Assembly: GCA_964035545.1 (NCBI GenBank)
Contig: CAXIUT010000183.1
Coordinates: 1,116,001 to 1,180,000, forward strand
DNA length: 64,000 nt
Reading direction: 5' to 3'
Origin: Bugula neritina
Lineage: Eukaryota > Animalia > Bryozoa
Shown: piece after piece, positions 32,601 through 48,400 of the stretch
Layout of the letters: each line of letters begins with the position of its first letter
Numbering within the stretch: position 1 is the first letter of the stretch
Program-made: the position numbers and the translations under genes
Notes under the pieces: model-generated
The model's input: the letters and a program-made list of their open reading frames with translations, nothing else
The model's database searches: none
What the model was told of the DNA's origin: nothing

Positions 32601-35600
32601 CGAAATATATGGTAAACTACTGAAATATATTTTAACAAATTGAAAAATACTGCAACATACTGAATATACTGTAACACACTGAAGTATACTGCAACATACT
32701 GAAATACACTGTAACATACTGAAATATACTGCAACATACTGAAATACACTGCTACATACTGAAATATACTGCAACGTACTGCAACATACTGCAGCATACT
32801 GAAATACACTGTAACATACTGAAATACACTGCAACATACTACCACATATTGAAATACACTGCAACACATTGAAATGTACTGCAACATACCGAAATATATG
32901 GTAAACTACTAAAATATACTGTAACACATTGAAAAATACTGCAACATACTGAAATATACTGCGACACCTAGCAATATACTGTAACATACTGAAATATGCT
33001 CTAGCACACTGAAATACAATGCAACTTACTGAAATATACTGCAACATACTGAAATACACTGAAACATCCTACAATATGCTGAAATACACAGTAACATATT
33101 GAAATACACTGCAACACTTTGAAATATACTGCAACATACCGAAGTATATGGTAAACTACTGCAACATACTACAACATACTGAAATACACTGCAACACATT
33201 GAAATATACTGCGACATACCTAAATATACGGTAATATACTGAAATATACTGTAACACATTGAAAAATACTGCAACATACTGAAATATACTGTAACACACC
33301 GAAATATACTGCAACATACTGAAATACACTGTAACATACTGAAATACACTGCTACATACTGAAATATACTGCAACATACTGCAACATACTGAAATACACA
33401 GTAACATACTGAAATAAACTGCAACATACTACAACATATTGAAATACACTGCAACACATTGAAATATACTGCAACATACCTAAATATACGGTAATATACT
33501 GAAATTCACTGTAACGCATTGCAAAATACTGCAACATACTGAAATTCACTGCGACACACTGAAATACGCTGCAAAATACTACAACATACTGAAATAAACT
33601 GTAACATGTTGAAATACACTGCAACACATTGAAAAATACTGCAACATACTGAAATATACTGTAACACACTGAAATATACTGCAACATACTGAAATACACT
33701 GTAACATACTGAAATATACTGCAACATACTGAAATACACTGCTACATACTGAAATATACCGCAACATACTGCAACATACTGCAATACACTGTAAAATACT
33801 GAAATACACTGCAACATACTACTACAACATATTGAAATACACTGCAACACATTGAAATACACTGCAACTTACCGAATATATGGTAAACTACTGAAATATA
33901 CTGTAACGCATTGAAAAGTACTGCAACATACTGAAATACACCGCAACATCCTACAACATACTGAAATACTTTGTAACATATTGAAATACACTGCAACACA
34001 TTGAAATATACTGCAACATAACGAAATATATGGTAAACTAATGAACTATATTTTAACACATTGAAAAATACTGCAACATACTGAAATACACTGCAACACA
34101 TTGAAATATACTGCAAAATACCGAAATATATGGTAAACTACTGAAATATACTGTAACACATTGAAAAATACTGCAACATACTGAAATACACTGTAACATA
34201 CTGAAATAAACTGCAACATACTACAACATATTGAAATACACTGCAACAAATTGAAATATACTGCAACATACCTAAATATACGGTAATATACTGAAATTCA
34301 CTGTAACGCACTGCAAAATACTGCAACATACTGAAATTCACTGCGACACACTGAAATACGCTGCAAAATACTACAACTTACTGAAATAAACTGTAACATA
34401 TTGAAATACACTGCAACACATTGAAATATACTGCAACATAACAAAATATATGGTAAACTACTGAAATAGACTTTAACACATTGAAAAATACTGCAACATA
34501 CTGAAATACACTGTAACATACTGAAATATACTGCAACATACTGAAATACACTGCTACATACTGAAATATACTGCAACGTACTGCAACATACTCCAGCATA
34601 CTGAAATACACTGTAACATACTGAAATACACTGCAACATACTACCACATATTGAAATACACTGCAACACATTGAAATGTACTGCAACATACCGAAATATA
34701 TGGTAAACTACTAAAATATACTGTAACACATTGAAAAATACTGCAACATACTGAAATATACTGCGACACCTAGCAATATACTGTAACATACTGAAATATG
34801 CTCTAGCACACTGAAATACAATGCAACTTACTGAAATATACTGCAACATACTGAAATACACTGCAACATCCTACAATATGCTGAAATACACAGTAACATA
34901 TTGAAATACACTGCAACACTTTGAAATATACTGCAACATACCGAAATATATGGTAAACTACTGCAACATACTACAACATACTGAAATACACTGCAACACA
35001 TTGAAATATACTGCGACATACCTAAATATACGGTAATATACTGAAATATACTGTAAAACATTGAAAAACACTGCAACATACTGAAATATACTGTAACACA
35101 TCGAAATATACTGCAACATACTGAAATACACTGTAACATACTGAAATACACTGCTACATACTGAAATATACTGCAACATACTGCAACATACTGAAATACA
35201 CAGTAACATACTGAAATAAACTGCAACATACTACAACATATTGAAATACACTGCAACACATTGAAATATACTGCAACATACCTAAATATACGGTAATATA
35301 CTGAAATTCACTGTAACGCATTGCAAAATACTGCAACATTCTGAAATTCACTGCGACACACTGAAATACGCTGCAAAATACTACAACATACTGAAATAAA
35401 CTGTAACATGTTGAAATACACTGCAACACATTGAAAAATACTGCAACATACTGAAATATACTGTAACACACTGAAATATACTGCAACATACTGAAATACA
35501 CTGTAACATACTGAAATATACTGCAACATACTGAAATACACTGCTACATACTGAAATATACTGCAACATACTGCAACATACTGCAATACACTGTAAAATA

Positions 35601-37230
35601 CTGAAATACACTGCAACATACTACAACATATTGAAATACACTGCAACACATTGAAATACACTGCAACTTATCGAATATATGGAAAACTACTGAAATATAC
35701 TGTAACGCATTGAAAAAGACTGCAACATACTGAAATATATTGCGACACATTGCAATATACTGTAATATACTGAAAAATGCTGTATCACACTGAAATATAC
35801 TGCAATTCGCTGAAATATACTGCAACATACTGAAATACACCGCAACATCCTACAACATACTAAAATACACTGTAACATTTCGAAATACACTGCAACACAT
35901 TGAATTATACTGCAACATAACGAAATATATGGTAAACTACTGAAATATATTTTAACAAATTGAAAAATACTGCAACATACTGAATATACTGTAACACACT
36001 GAAGTATACTGCAACATACTGAAATACACTGTAACATACTGAAATATACTGCAACATACTGAAATACACTGCTACATACTGAAATATACTGCAACGTACT
36101 GCAACATACTGCAGCATACTGAAATACACTGTAACATACTGAAATACACTGCAACATACTACCACATATTGAAATACACTGCAACACATTGAAATGTACT
36201 GCAACATACCGAAATATATGGTAAACTACTAAAATATACTGTAACACATTGAAAAATACTGCAACATACTGAAATATACTGCGACACCTAGCAATATACT
36301 GTAACATACTGAAATATGCTCTAGCACACTGAAATACAATGCAACTTACTGAAATATACTGCAACATACTGAAATACACTGCAACATCCTACAATATGCT
36401 GAAATACACAGTAACATATTGAAATACACTGCAACACTTTGAAATATACTGCAACATACCGAAGTATATGGTAAACTACTGCAACATACTACAACATACT
36501 GAAATACACTGCAACACATTGAAATATACTGCGACATACCTAAATATACGGTAATATACTGAAATATACTGTAACACATTGAAAAATACTGCAACATACT
36601 GAAATATACTGTAACACACCGAAATATACTGCAACATACTGAAATACACTGTAACATACTGAAATACACTGCTACATACTGAAATATACTGCAACATACT
36701 GCAACATACTGAAATACACAGTAACATACTGAAATAAACTGCAACATACTACAACATATTGAAATACACTGCAACACATTGAAATATACTGCAACATACC
36801 TAAATATACGGTAATATACTGAAATTCACTGTAACGCATTGCAAAATACTGCAACATACTGAAATTCACTGCGACACACTGAAATACGCTGCAAAATACT
36901 ACAACATACTGAAATAAACTGTAACATGTTGAAATACACTGCAACACATTGAAAAATACTGCAACATACTGAAATATACTGTAACACACTGAAATATACT
37001 GCAACATACTGAAATACACTGTAACATACTGAAATATACTGCAACATACTGAAATACACTGCTACATACTGAAATATACCGCAACATACTGCAACATACT
37101 GCAATACACTGTAAAATACTGAAATACCCTGCAACATACTACTACAACATATTGAAATACACTGCAACACATTGAAATACACTGCAACTTACCGAATATA
37201 TGGTAAACTACTGAAATATACTGTAACGCA
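14700..37230. repeat. Mosaic ~3.3-kb HOR family (3240/3290/3320-bp periods) with truncated and recombinant units
   Basis: ORF offsets: 16133/19423 = 3290; 28544/31834 = 3290; 31834/35154 = 3320; 27578/30818 = 3240. Composite offsets of 5089 (17682/22771), 3039 (22771/25810) and 6356 (21222/27578) also occur. The markers AATACTTTGTAAC and AACTAATGAACTATATTTTAAC were seen only in this interval. Confidence 0.85.
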
Positions 37231-37471
37231 TTGAAAAGTACTGCAACATACTGAAATATACTGTAACACACTGAAATATACTGCAACATACTGAAATACA
37301 CTGTAACATACTGAAATATACTGCAACATACTGAAATACACTGCTACATACTGAAATATACTGCAACGTACTGCAACATACTGCAGCATACTGAAATACA
37401 CTGTAACATACTGAAATACACTGCAACATACTACCACATATTGAAATACACTGCAACACATTGAAATGTAC

Positions 37472-40400
37472 TGCAACATACCGAAATATATGGTAAACTA
37501 CTAAAATATACTGTAACACATTGAAAAATACTGCAACATACTGAAATATACTGCGACACCTAGCAATATACTGTAACATACTGAAATATGCTCTAGCACA
37601 CTGAAATACAATGCAACTTACTGAAATATACTGCAACATACTGAAATACACTGCAACATCCTACAATATGCTGAAATACACAGTAACATATTGAAATACA
37701 CTGCAACACTTTGAAATATACTGCAACATACCGAAATATATGGTAAACTATTGCAACATACTACAACATACTGAAATACACTGCAACACATTGAAATATA
37801 CTGCGACATACCTAAATATATGGTAATATACTGAAATATACTGTAACACATTGAAAAATACTGCAACATACTGAAATATACTGTAACACACCGAAATATA
37901 CTGCAACATACTGAAATACACTGTAACATACTGAAATACACTGCTACATACTGAAATATACTGCAACATACTGCAACATACTGAAATACACAGTAACATA
38001 CTGAAATAAACTGCAACATACTACAACATATTGAAATACACTGCAACACATTGAAATATACTGCAACATACCTAAATATACGGTAATATACTGAAATTCA
38101 CTGTAACGCATTGCAAAATACTGCAACATACTGAAATTCACTGCGACACACTGAAATACGCTGCAAAATACTACAACATACTGAAATAAACTGTAACATG
38201 TTGAAATACACTGCAACACATTGAAAAATACTGCAACATACTGAAATATACTGTAACACACTGAAATATACTGCAACATACTGAAATACACTGTAACATA
38301 CTGAAATATACTGCAACATACTGAAATACACTGCTTCATACTGAAATATACTGCAACATACTGCAACATACTGCAATACACTGTAAAATACTGAAATACA
38401 CTGCAACATACTACAACATATTGAAATACACTGCAACACATTGAAATACACTGCAACTTATCGAATATATGGAAAACTACTGAAATATACTGTAACGCAT
38501 TGAAAAAGACTGCAACATACTGAAATATATTGCGACACATTGCAATATACTGTAATATACTGAAAAATGCTGTATCACACTGAAATATACTGCAATTCGC
38601 TGAAATATACTGCAACATACTGAAATACACCGCAACATCCTACAACATACTAAAATACACTGTAACATTTCGAAATACACTGCAACACATTGAATTATAC
38701 TGCAACATAACGAAATATATGGTAAACTACTGAAATATATTTTAACAAATTGAAAAATACTGCAACATACTGAAATATACTGTAACACACTGAAGTATAC
38801 TGCAACATACTGAAATACACTGTAACATACTGAAATATACTGCAACATACTGAAATACACTGCTACATACTGAAATATACTGCAACGTACTGCAACATAC
38901 TGCAGCATACTGAAATACACTGTAACATACTGAAATACACTGCAACATACTACCACATATTGAAATACACTGCAACACATTGAAATGTACTGCAACATAC
39001 CGAAATATATGGAAAACTACTGAAATATACTGTAACGCATTGAAAAAGACTGCAACATACTGAAATATATTGCGACACATTGCAATATACTGTAATATAC
39101 TGAAAAATGCTGTATCACACTGAAATATACTGCAATTCGCTGAAATATACTGCAACATACTGAAATACACCGCAACATCCTACAACATACTAAAATACAC
39201 TGTAACATTTCGAAATACACTGCAACACATTGAATTATACTGCAACATACCGAAATATATGGTAAACTACTAAAATATACTGTAACACATTGAAAAATAC
39301 TGCAACATACTGAAATATACTGCGACACCTAGCAATATACTGTAACATACTGAAATATGCTCTAGCACACTGAAATACAATGCAACTTACTGAAATATAC
39401 TGCAACATACTGAAATACACTGCAACATCCTACAATATGCTGAAATACACAGTAACATATTGAAATACACTGCAACACTTTGAAATATACTGCAACATAC
39501 CGAAATATATGGTAAACTACTGCAACATACTACAACATACTGAAATACACTGCAACACATTGAAATATACTGCGACATACCTAAATATACGGTAATATAC
39601 TGAAATATACTGTAACACATTGAAAAATACTGCAACATACTGAAATATACTGTAACACACCGAAATATACTGCAACATACTGAAATACACTGTAACATAC
39701 TGAAATACACTGCTACATACTGAAATATACTGCAACATACTGCAACATACTGAAATACACAGTAACATACTGAAATAAACTGCAACATACTACAACATAT
39801 TGAAATACACTGCAACACATTGAAATATACTGCAACATACCTAAATATACGGTAATATACTGAAATTCACTGTAACGCATTGCAAAATACTGCAACATAC
39901 TGAAATTCACTGCGACACACTGAAATACGCTGCAAAATACTACAACATACTGAAATAAACTGTAACATGTTGAAATACACTGCAACACATTGAAAAATAC
40001 TGCAACATACTGAAATATACTGTAACACACTGAAATATACTGCAACATACTGAAATACACTGTAACATACTGAAATATACTGCAACATACTGAAATACAC
40101 TGCTTCATACTGAAATATACTGCAACATACTGCAACATACTGCAATACACTGTAAAATACTGAAATACACTGCAACATACTACAACATATTGAAATACAC
40201 TGCAACACATTGAAATACACTGCAACTTATCGAATATATGGAAAACTACTGAAATATACTGTAACGCATTGAAAAAGACTGCAACATACTGAAATATATT
40301 GCGACACATTGCAATATACTGTAATATACTGAAAAATGCTGTATCACACTGAAATATACTGCAATTCGCTGAAATATACTGCAACATACTGAAATACACC

Positions 40401-41018
40401 GCAACATCCTACAACATACTAAAATACACTGTAACATTTCGAAATACACTGCAACACATTGAATTATACTGCAACATAACGAAATATATGGTAAACTACT
40501 GAAATATATTTTAACAAATTGAAAAATACTGCAACATACTGAAATATACTGTAACACACTGAAGTATACTGCAACATACTGAAATACACTGTAACATACT
40601 GAAATATACTGCAACATACTGAAATACACTGCTACATACTGAAATATACTGCAACGTACTGCAACATACTGCAGCATACTGAAATACACTGTAACATACT
40701 GAAATACACTGCAACATACTACCACATATTGAAATACACTGCAACACATTGAAATGTACTGCAACATACCGAAATATATGGAAAACTACTGAAATATACT
40801 GTAACGCATTGAAAAAGACTGCAACATACTGAAATATATTGCGACACATTGCAATATACTGTAATATACTGAAAAATGCTGTATCACACTGAAATATACT
40901 GCAATTCGCTGAAATATACTGCAACATACTGAAATACACCGCAACATCCTACAACATACTAAAATACACTGTAACATTTCGAAATACACTGCAACACATT
41001 GAATTATACTGCAACATA
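37472..41018. repeat. 1769-bp tandem duplication (2 copies), transition zone into the 4140-bp HOR
   Basis: ORF offsets 37618/39387, 37944/39713, 38477/40246 and 38742/40511 all equal 1769. Confidence 0.88.
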
Positions 41019-41460
41019 ACGAAATATATGGTAAACTACTGAAATATATTTTAACAAATTGAAAAATACTGCAACATACTGAATATACTGTAACACACTG
41101 AAGTATACTGCAACATACTGAAATACACTGTAACATACTGAAATATACTGCAACATACTGAAATACACTGCTACATACTGAAATATACTGCAACGTACTG
41201 CAACATACTGCAGCATACTGAAATACACTGTAACATACTGAAATACACTGCAACATACTACCACATATTGAAATACACTGCAACACATTGAAATGTACTG
41301 CAACATACCGAAATATATGGTAAACTACTAAAATATACTGTAACACATTGAAAAATACTGCAACATACTGAAATATACTGCGACACCTAGCAATATACTG
41401 TAACATACTGAAATATGCTCTAGCACACTGAAATACAATGCAACTTACTGAAATATACTG

Positions 41461-42000
41461 CAACATACTGAAATACACTGCAACATCCTACAATATGCTG
41501 AAATACACAGTAACATATTGAAATACACTGCAACACTTTGAAATATACTGCAACATACCGAAATATATGGTAAACTACTGCAACATACTACAACATACTG
41601 AAATACACTGCAACACATTGAAATATACTGCGACATACCTAAATATACGGTAATATACTGAAATATACTGCAAAACATTGAAAAACACTGCAACATACTG
41701 AAATATACTGTAACACATCGAAATATACTGCAACATACTGAAATACACTGCAACATCCTACAATATGCTGAAATACACAGTAACATATTGAAATACACTG
41801 CAACACTTTGAAATATACTGCAACATACCGAAGTATATGGTAAACTACTGCAACATACTACAACATACTGAAATACACTGCAACACATTGAAATATACTG
41901 CGACATACCTAAATATACGGTAATATACTGAAATATACTGTAACACATTGAAAAATACTGCAACATACTGAAATATACTGTAACACACCGAAATATACTG
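41461..42000. repeat. Nested 270-bp duplication within each 4140-bp HOR (representative instance)
   Basis: CAACATCCTACAATATGCTG occurs at 41481 and 41751. The usual 143-aa artefact ORF becomes 233 aa (+90 codons = 270 bp) at 41445, 45585, 49725, 53865 and 58005. Confidence 0.92.
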
Positions 42001-43834
42001 CAACATACTGAAATACACTGTAACATACTGAAATACACTGCTACATACTGAAATATACTGCAACATACTGCAACATACTGAAATACACAGTAACATACTG
42101 AAATAAACTGCAACATACTACAACATATTGAAATACACTGCAACACATTGAAATATACTGCAACATACCTAAATATACGGTAATATACTGAAATTCACTG
42201 TAACGCATTGCAAAATACTGCAACATACTGAAATTCACTGCGACACACTGAAATACGCTGCAAAATACTACAACATACTGAAATAAACTGTAACATGTTG
42301 AAATACACTGCAACACATTGAAAAATACTGCAACATACTGAAATATACTGTAACACACTGAAATATACTGCAACATACTGAAATACACTGTAACATACTG
42401 AAATATACTGCAACATACTGAAATACACTGCTACATACTGAAATATACCGCAACATACTGCAACATACTGCAATACACTGTAAAATACTGAAATACACTG
42501 CAACATACTACTACAACATATTGAAATACACTGCAACACATTGAAATACACTGCAACTTACCGAATATATGGTAAACTACTGAAATATACTGTAACGCAT
42601 TGAAAAGTACTGCAACATACTGAAATATACTGTAACACACTGAAATATACTGCAACATACTGAAATACACTGTAACATACTGAAATATACTGCAACATAC
42701 TGAAATACACTGCTACATACTGAAATATACTGCAACGTACTGCAACATACTGCAGCATACTGAAATACACTGTAACATACTGAAATACACTGCAACATAC
42801 TACCACATATTGAAATACACTGCAACACTTTGAAATGTACTGCAACATACCGAAATATATGGTAAACTACTAAAATATACTGTAACACATTGAAAAATAC
42901 TGCAACATACTGAAATATACTGCGACACCTAGCAATATACTGTAACATACTGAAATATGCTCTAGCACACTGAAATACAATGCAACTTACTGAAATATAC
43001 TGCAACATACTGAAATACACTGCAACATCCTACAATATGCTGAAATACACAGTAACATATTGAAATACACTGCAACACTTTGAAATATACTGCAACATAC
43101 CGAAATATATGGTAAACTACTGCAACATACTACAACATACTGAAATACACTGCAACACATTGAAATATACTGCGACATACCTAAATATACGGTAATATAC
43201 TGAAATATACTGTAACACATTGAAAAATACTGCAACATACTGAAATATACTGTAACACACCGAAATATACTGCAACATACTGAAATACACTGTAACATAC
43301 TGAAATACACTGCTACATACTGAAATATACTGCAACATACTGCAACATACTGAAATACACAGTAACATACTGAAATAAACTGCAACATACTACAACATAT
43401 TGAAATACACTGCAACACATTGAAATATACTGCAACATACCTAAATATACGGTAATATACTGAAATTCACTGTAACGCATTGCAAAATACTGCAACATAC
43501 TGAAATTCACTGCGACACACTGAAATACGCTGCAAAATACTACAACATACTGAAATAAACTGTAACATGTTGAAATACACTGCAACACATTGAAAAATAC
43601 TGCAACATACTGAAATATACTGTAACACACTGAAATATACTGCAACATACTGAAATACACTGTAACATACTGAAATATACTGCAACATACTGAAATACAC
43701 TGCTTCATACTGAAATATACTGCAACATACTGCAACATACTGCAATACACTGTAAAATACTGAAATACACTGCAACATACTACAACATATTGAAATACAC
43801 TGCAACACATTGAAATACACTGCAACTTATCGAA

Positions 43835-45449
43835 TATATGGAAAACTACTGAAATATACTGTAACGCATTGAAAAAGACTGCAACATACTGAAATATATT
43901 GCGACACATTGCAATATACTGTAACATACTGAAATATGCTCTAGCACACTGAAATATACTGCAATTCGCTGAAATATACTGCAACATACTGAAATACACC
44001 GCAACATCCTACAACATACTAAAATACACTGTAACATTTCGAAATACACTGCAACACAATGAATTATACTGCAACATAACGAAATATATGGTAAACTACT
44101 GAAATATATTTTAACAAATTGAAAAATACTGCAACATACTGAAATATACTGTAACACACTGAAGTATACTGCAACATACTGAAATACACTGTAACATACT
44201 GAAATATACTGCAACATACTGAAATACACTGCTACATACTGAAATATACTGCAACGTACTGCAACATACTGCAGCATACTGAAATACACTGTAACATACT
44301 GAAATACACTGCAACATACTACCACATATTGAAATACACTGCAACACATTGAAATGTACTGCAACATACCGAAATATATGGAAAACTACTGAAATATACT
44401 GTAACGCATTGAAAAAGACTGCAACATACTGAAATATATTGCGACACATTGCAATATACTGTAATATACTGAAAAATGCTGTATCACACTGAAATATACT
44501 GCAATTCGCTGAAATATACTGCAACATACTGAAATACACCGCAACATCCTACAACATACTAAAATACACTGTAACATTTCGAAATACACTGCAACACATT
44601 GAATTATACTGCAACATAACGAAATATATGGTAAACTACTGAAATATATTTTAACAAATTGAAAAATACTGCAACATACTGAAATATACTGTAACACACT
44701 GAAGTATACTGCAACATACTGAAATACACTGTAACATACTGAAATATACTGCAACATACTGAAATACACTGCTACATACTGAAATATACTGCAACGTACT
44801 GCAACATACTGCAGCATACTGAAATACACTGTAACATACTGAAATACACTGCAACATACTACCACATATTGAAATACACTGCAACACATTGAAATGTACT
44901 GCAACATACCGAAATATATGGAAAACTACTGAAATATACTGTAACGCATTGAAAAAGACTGCAACATACTGAAATATATTGCGACACATTGCAATATACT
45001 GTAATATACTGAAAAATGCTGTATCACACTGAAATATACTGCAATTCGCTGAAATATACTGCAACATACTGAAATACACCGCAACATCCTACAACATACT
45101 AAAATACACTGTAACATTTCGAAATACACTGCAACACATTGAATTATACTGCAACATAACGAAATATATGGTAAACTACTGAAATATATTTTAACAAATT
45201 GAAAAATACTGCAACATACTGAATATACTGTAACACACTGAAGTATACTGCAACATACTGAAATACACTGTAACATACTGAAATATACTGCAACATACTG
45301 AAATACACTGCTACATACTGAAATATACTGCAACGTACTGCAACATACTGCAGCATACTGAAATACACTGTAACATACTGAAATACACTGCAACATACTA
45401 CCACATATTGAAATACACTGCAACACATTGAAATGTACTGCAACATACC
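43835..45449. repeat. Nested 540-bp sub-repeat, three copies (540/540/539) within each full 4140-bp HOR (representative instance)
   Basis: ORFs at 43846, 44386 and 44926 are spaced 540 apart. The markers TATGGAAAACTACT, GAAAAAGACT and ATTTCGAAAT repeat at 540. The same 540 spacing occurs at 13063/13603, 38477/39017, 40246/40786 and 60406/60946. Confidence 0.93.
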
Positions 45450-48400
45450 GAAATATATGGTAAACTACTAAAATATACTGTAACACATTGAAAAATACTG
45501 CAACATACTGAAATATACTGCGACACCTAGCAATATACTGTAACATACTGAAATATGCTCTAGCACACTGAAATACAATGCAACTTACTGAAATATACTG
45601 CAACATACTGAAATACACTGCAACATCCTACAATATGCTGAAATACACAGTAACATATTGAAATACACTGCAACACTTTGAAATATACTGCAACATACCG
45701 AAATATATGGTAAACTACTGCAACATACTACAACATACTGAAATACACTGCAACACATTGAAATATACTGCGACATACCTAAATATACGGTAATATACTG
45801 AAATATACTGCAAAACATTGAAAAACACTGCAACATACTGAAATATACTGTAACACATCGAAATATACTGCAACATACTGAAATACACTGCAACATCCTA
45901 CAATATGCTGAAATACACAGTAACATATTGAAATACACTGCAACACTTTGAAATATACTGCAACATACCGAAGTATATGGTAAACTACTGCAACATACTA
46001 CAACATACTGAAATACACTGCAACACATTGAAATATACTGCGACATACCTAAATATACGGTAATATACTGAAATATACTGTAACACATTGAAAAATACTG
46101 CAACATACTGAAATATACTGTAACACACCGAAATATACTGCAACATACTGAAATACACTGTAACATACTGAAATACACTGCTACATACTGAAATATACTG
46201 CAACATACTGCAACATACTGAAATACACAGTAACATACTGAAATAAACTGCAACATACTACAACATATTGAAATACACTGCAACACATTGAAATATACTG
46301 CAACATACCTAAATATACGGTAATATACTGAAATTCACTGTAACGCATTGCAAAATACTGCAACATACTGAAATTCACTGCGACACACTGAAATACGCTG
46401 CAAAATACTACAACATACTGAAATAAACTGTAACATGTTGAAATACACTGCAACACATTGAAAAATACTGCAACATACTGAAATATACTGTAACACACTG
46501 AAATATACTGCAACATACTGAAATACACTGTAACATACTGAAATATACTGCAACATACTGAAATACACTGCTACATACTGAAATATACCGCAACATACTG
46601 CAACATACTGCAATACACTGTAAAATACTGAAATACACTGCAACATACTACTACAACATATTGAAATACACTGCAACACATTGAAATACACTGCAACTTA
46701 CCGAATATATGGTAAACTACTGAAATATACTGTAACGCATTGAAAAGTACTGCAACATACTGAAATATACTGTAACACACTGAAATATACTGCAACATAC
46801 TGAAATACACTGTAACATACTGAAATATACTGCAACATACTGAAATACACTGCTACATACTGAAATATACTGCAACGTACTGCAACATACTGCAGCATAC
46901 TGAAATACACTGTAACATACTGAAATACACTGCAACATACTACCACATATTGAAATACACTGCAACACTTTGAAATGTACTGCAACATACCGAAATATAT
47001 GGTAAACTACTAAAATATACTGTAACACATTGAAAAATACTGCAACATACTGAAATATACTGCGACACCTAGCAATATACTGTAACATACTGAAATATGC
47101 TCTAGCACACTGAAATACAATGCAACTTACTGAAATATACTGCAACATACTGAAATACACTGCAACATCCTACAATATGCTGAAATACACAGTAACATAT
47201 TGAAATACACTGCAACACTTTGAAATATACTGCAACATACCGAAATATATGGTAAACTACTGCAACATACTACAACATACTGAAATACACTGCAACACAT
47301 TGAAATATACTGCGACATACCTGAATATACGGTAATATACTGAAATATACTGTAACACATTGAAAAATACTGCAACATACTGAAATATACTGTAACACAC
47401 CGAAATATACTGCAACATACTGAAATACACTGTAACATACTGAAATACACTGCTACATACTGAAATATACTGCAACATACTGCAACATACTGAAATACAC
47501 AGTAACATACTGAAATAAACTGCAACATACTACAACATATTGAAATACACTGCAACACATTGAAATATACTGCAACATACCTAAATATACGGTAATATAC
47601 TGAAATTCACTGTAACGCATTGCAAAATACTGCAACATACTGAAATTCACTGCGACACACTGAAATACGCTGCAAAATACTACAACATACTGAAATAAAC
47701 TGTAACATGTTGAAATACACTGCAACACATTGAAAAATACTGCAACATACTGAAATATACTGTAACACACTGAAATATACTGCAACATACTGAAATACAC
47801 TGTAACATACTGAAATATACTGCAACATACTGAAATACACTGCTTCATACTGAAATATACTGCAACATACTGCAACATACTGCAATACACTGTAAAATAC
47901 TGAAATACACTGCAACATACTACAACATATTGAAATACACTGCAACACATTGAAATACACTGCAACTTATCGAATATATGGAAAACTACTGAAATATACT
48001 GTAACGCATTGAAAAAGACTGCAACATACTGAAATATATTGCGACACATTGCAATATACTGTAACATACTGAAATATGCTCTAGCACACTGAAATATACT
48101 GCAATTCGCTGAAATATACTGCAACATACTGAAATACACCGCAACATCCTACAACATACTAAAATACACTGTAACATTTCGAAATACACTGCAACACAAT
48201 GAATTATACTGCAACATAACGAAATATATGGTAAACTACTGAAATATATTTTAACAAATTGAAAAATACTGCAACATACTGAAATATACTGTAACACACT
48301 GAAGTATACTGCAACATACTGAAATACACTGTAACATACTGAAATATACTGCAACATACTGAAATACACTGCTACATACTGAAATATACTGCAACGTACT

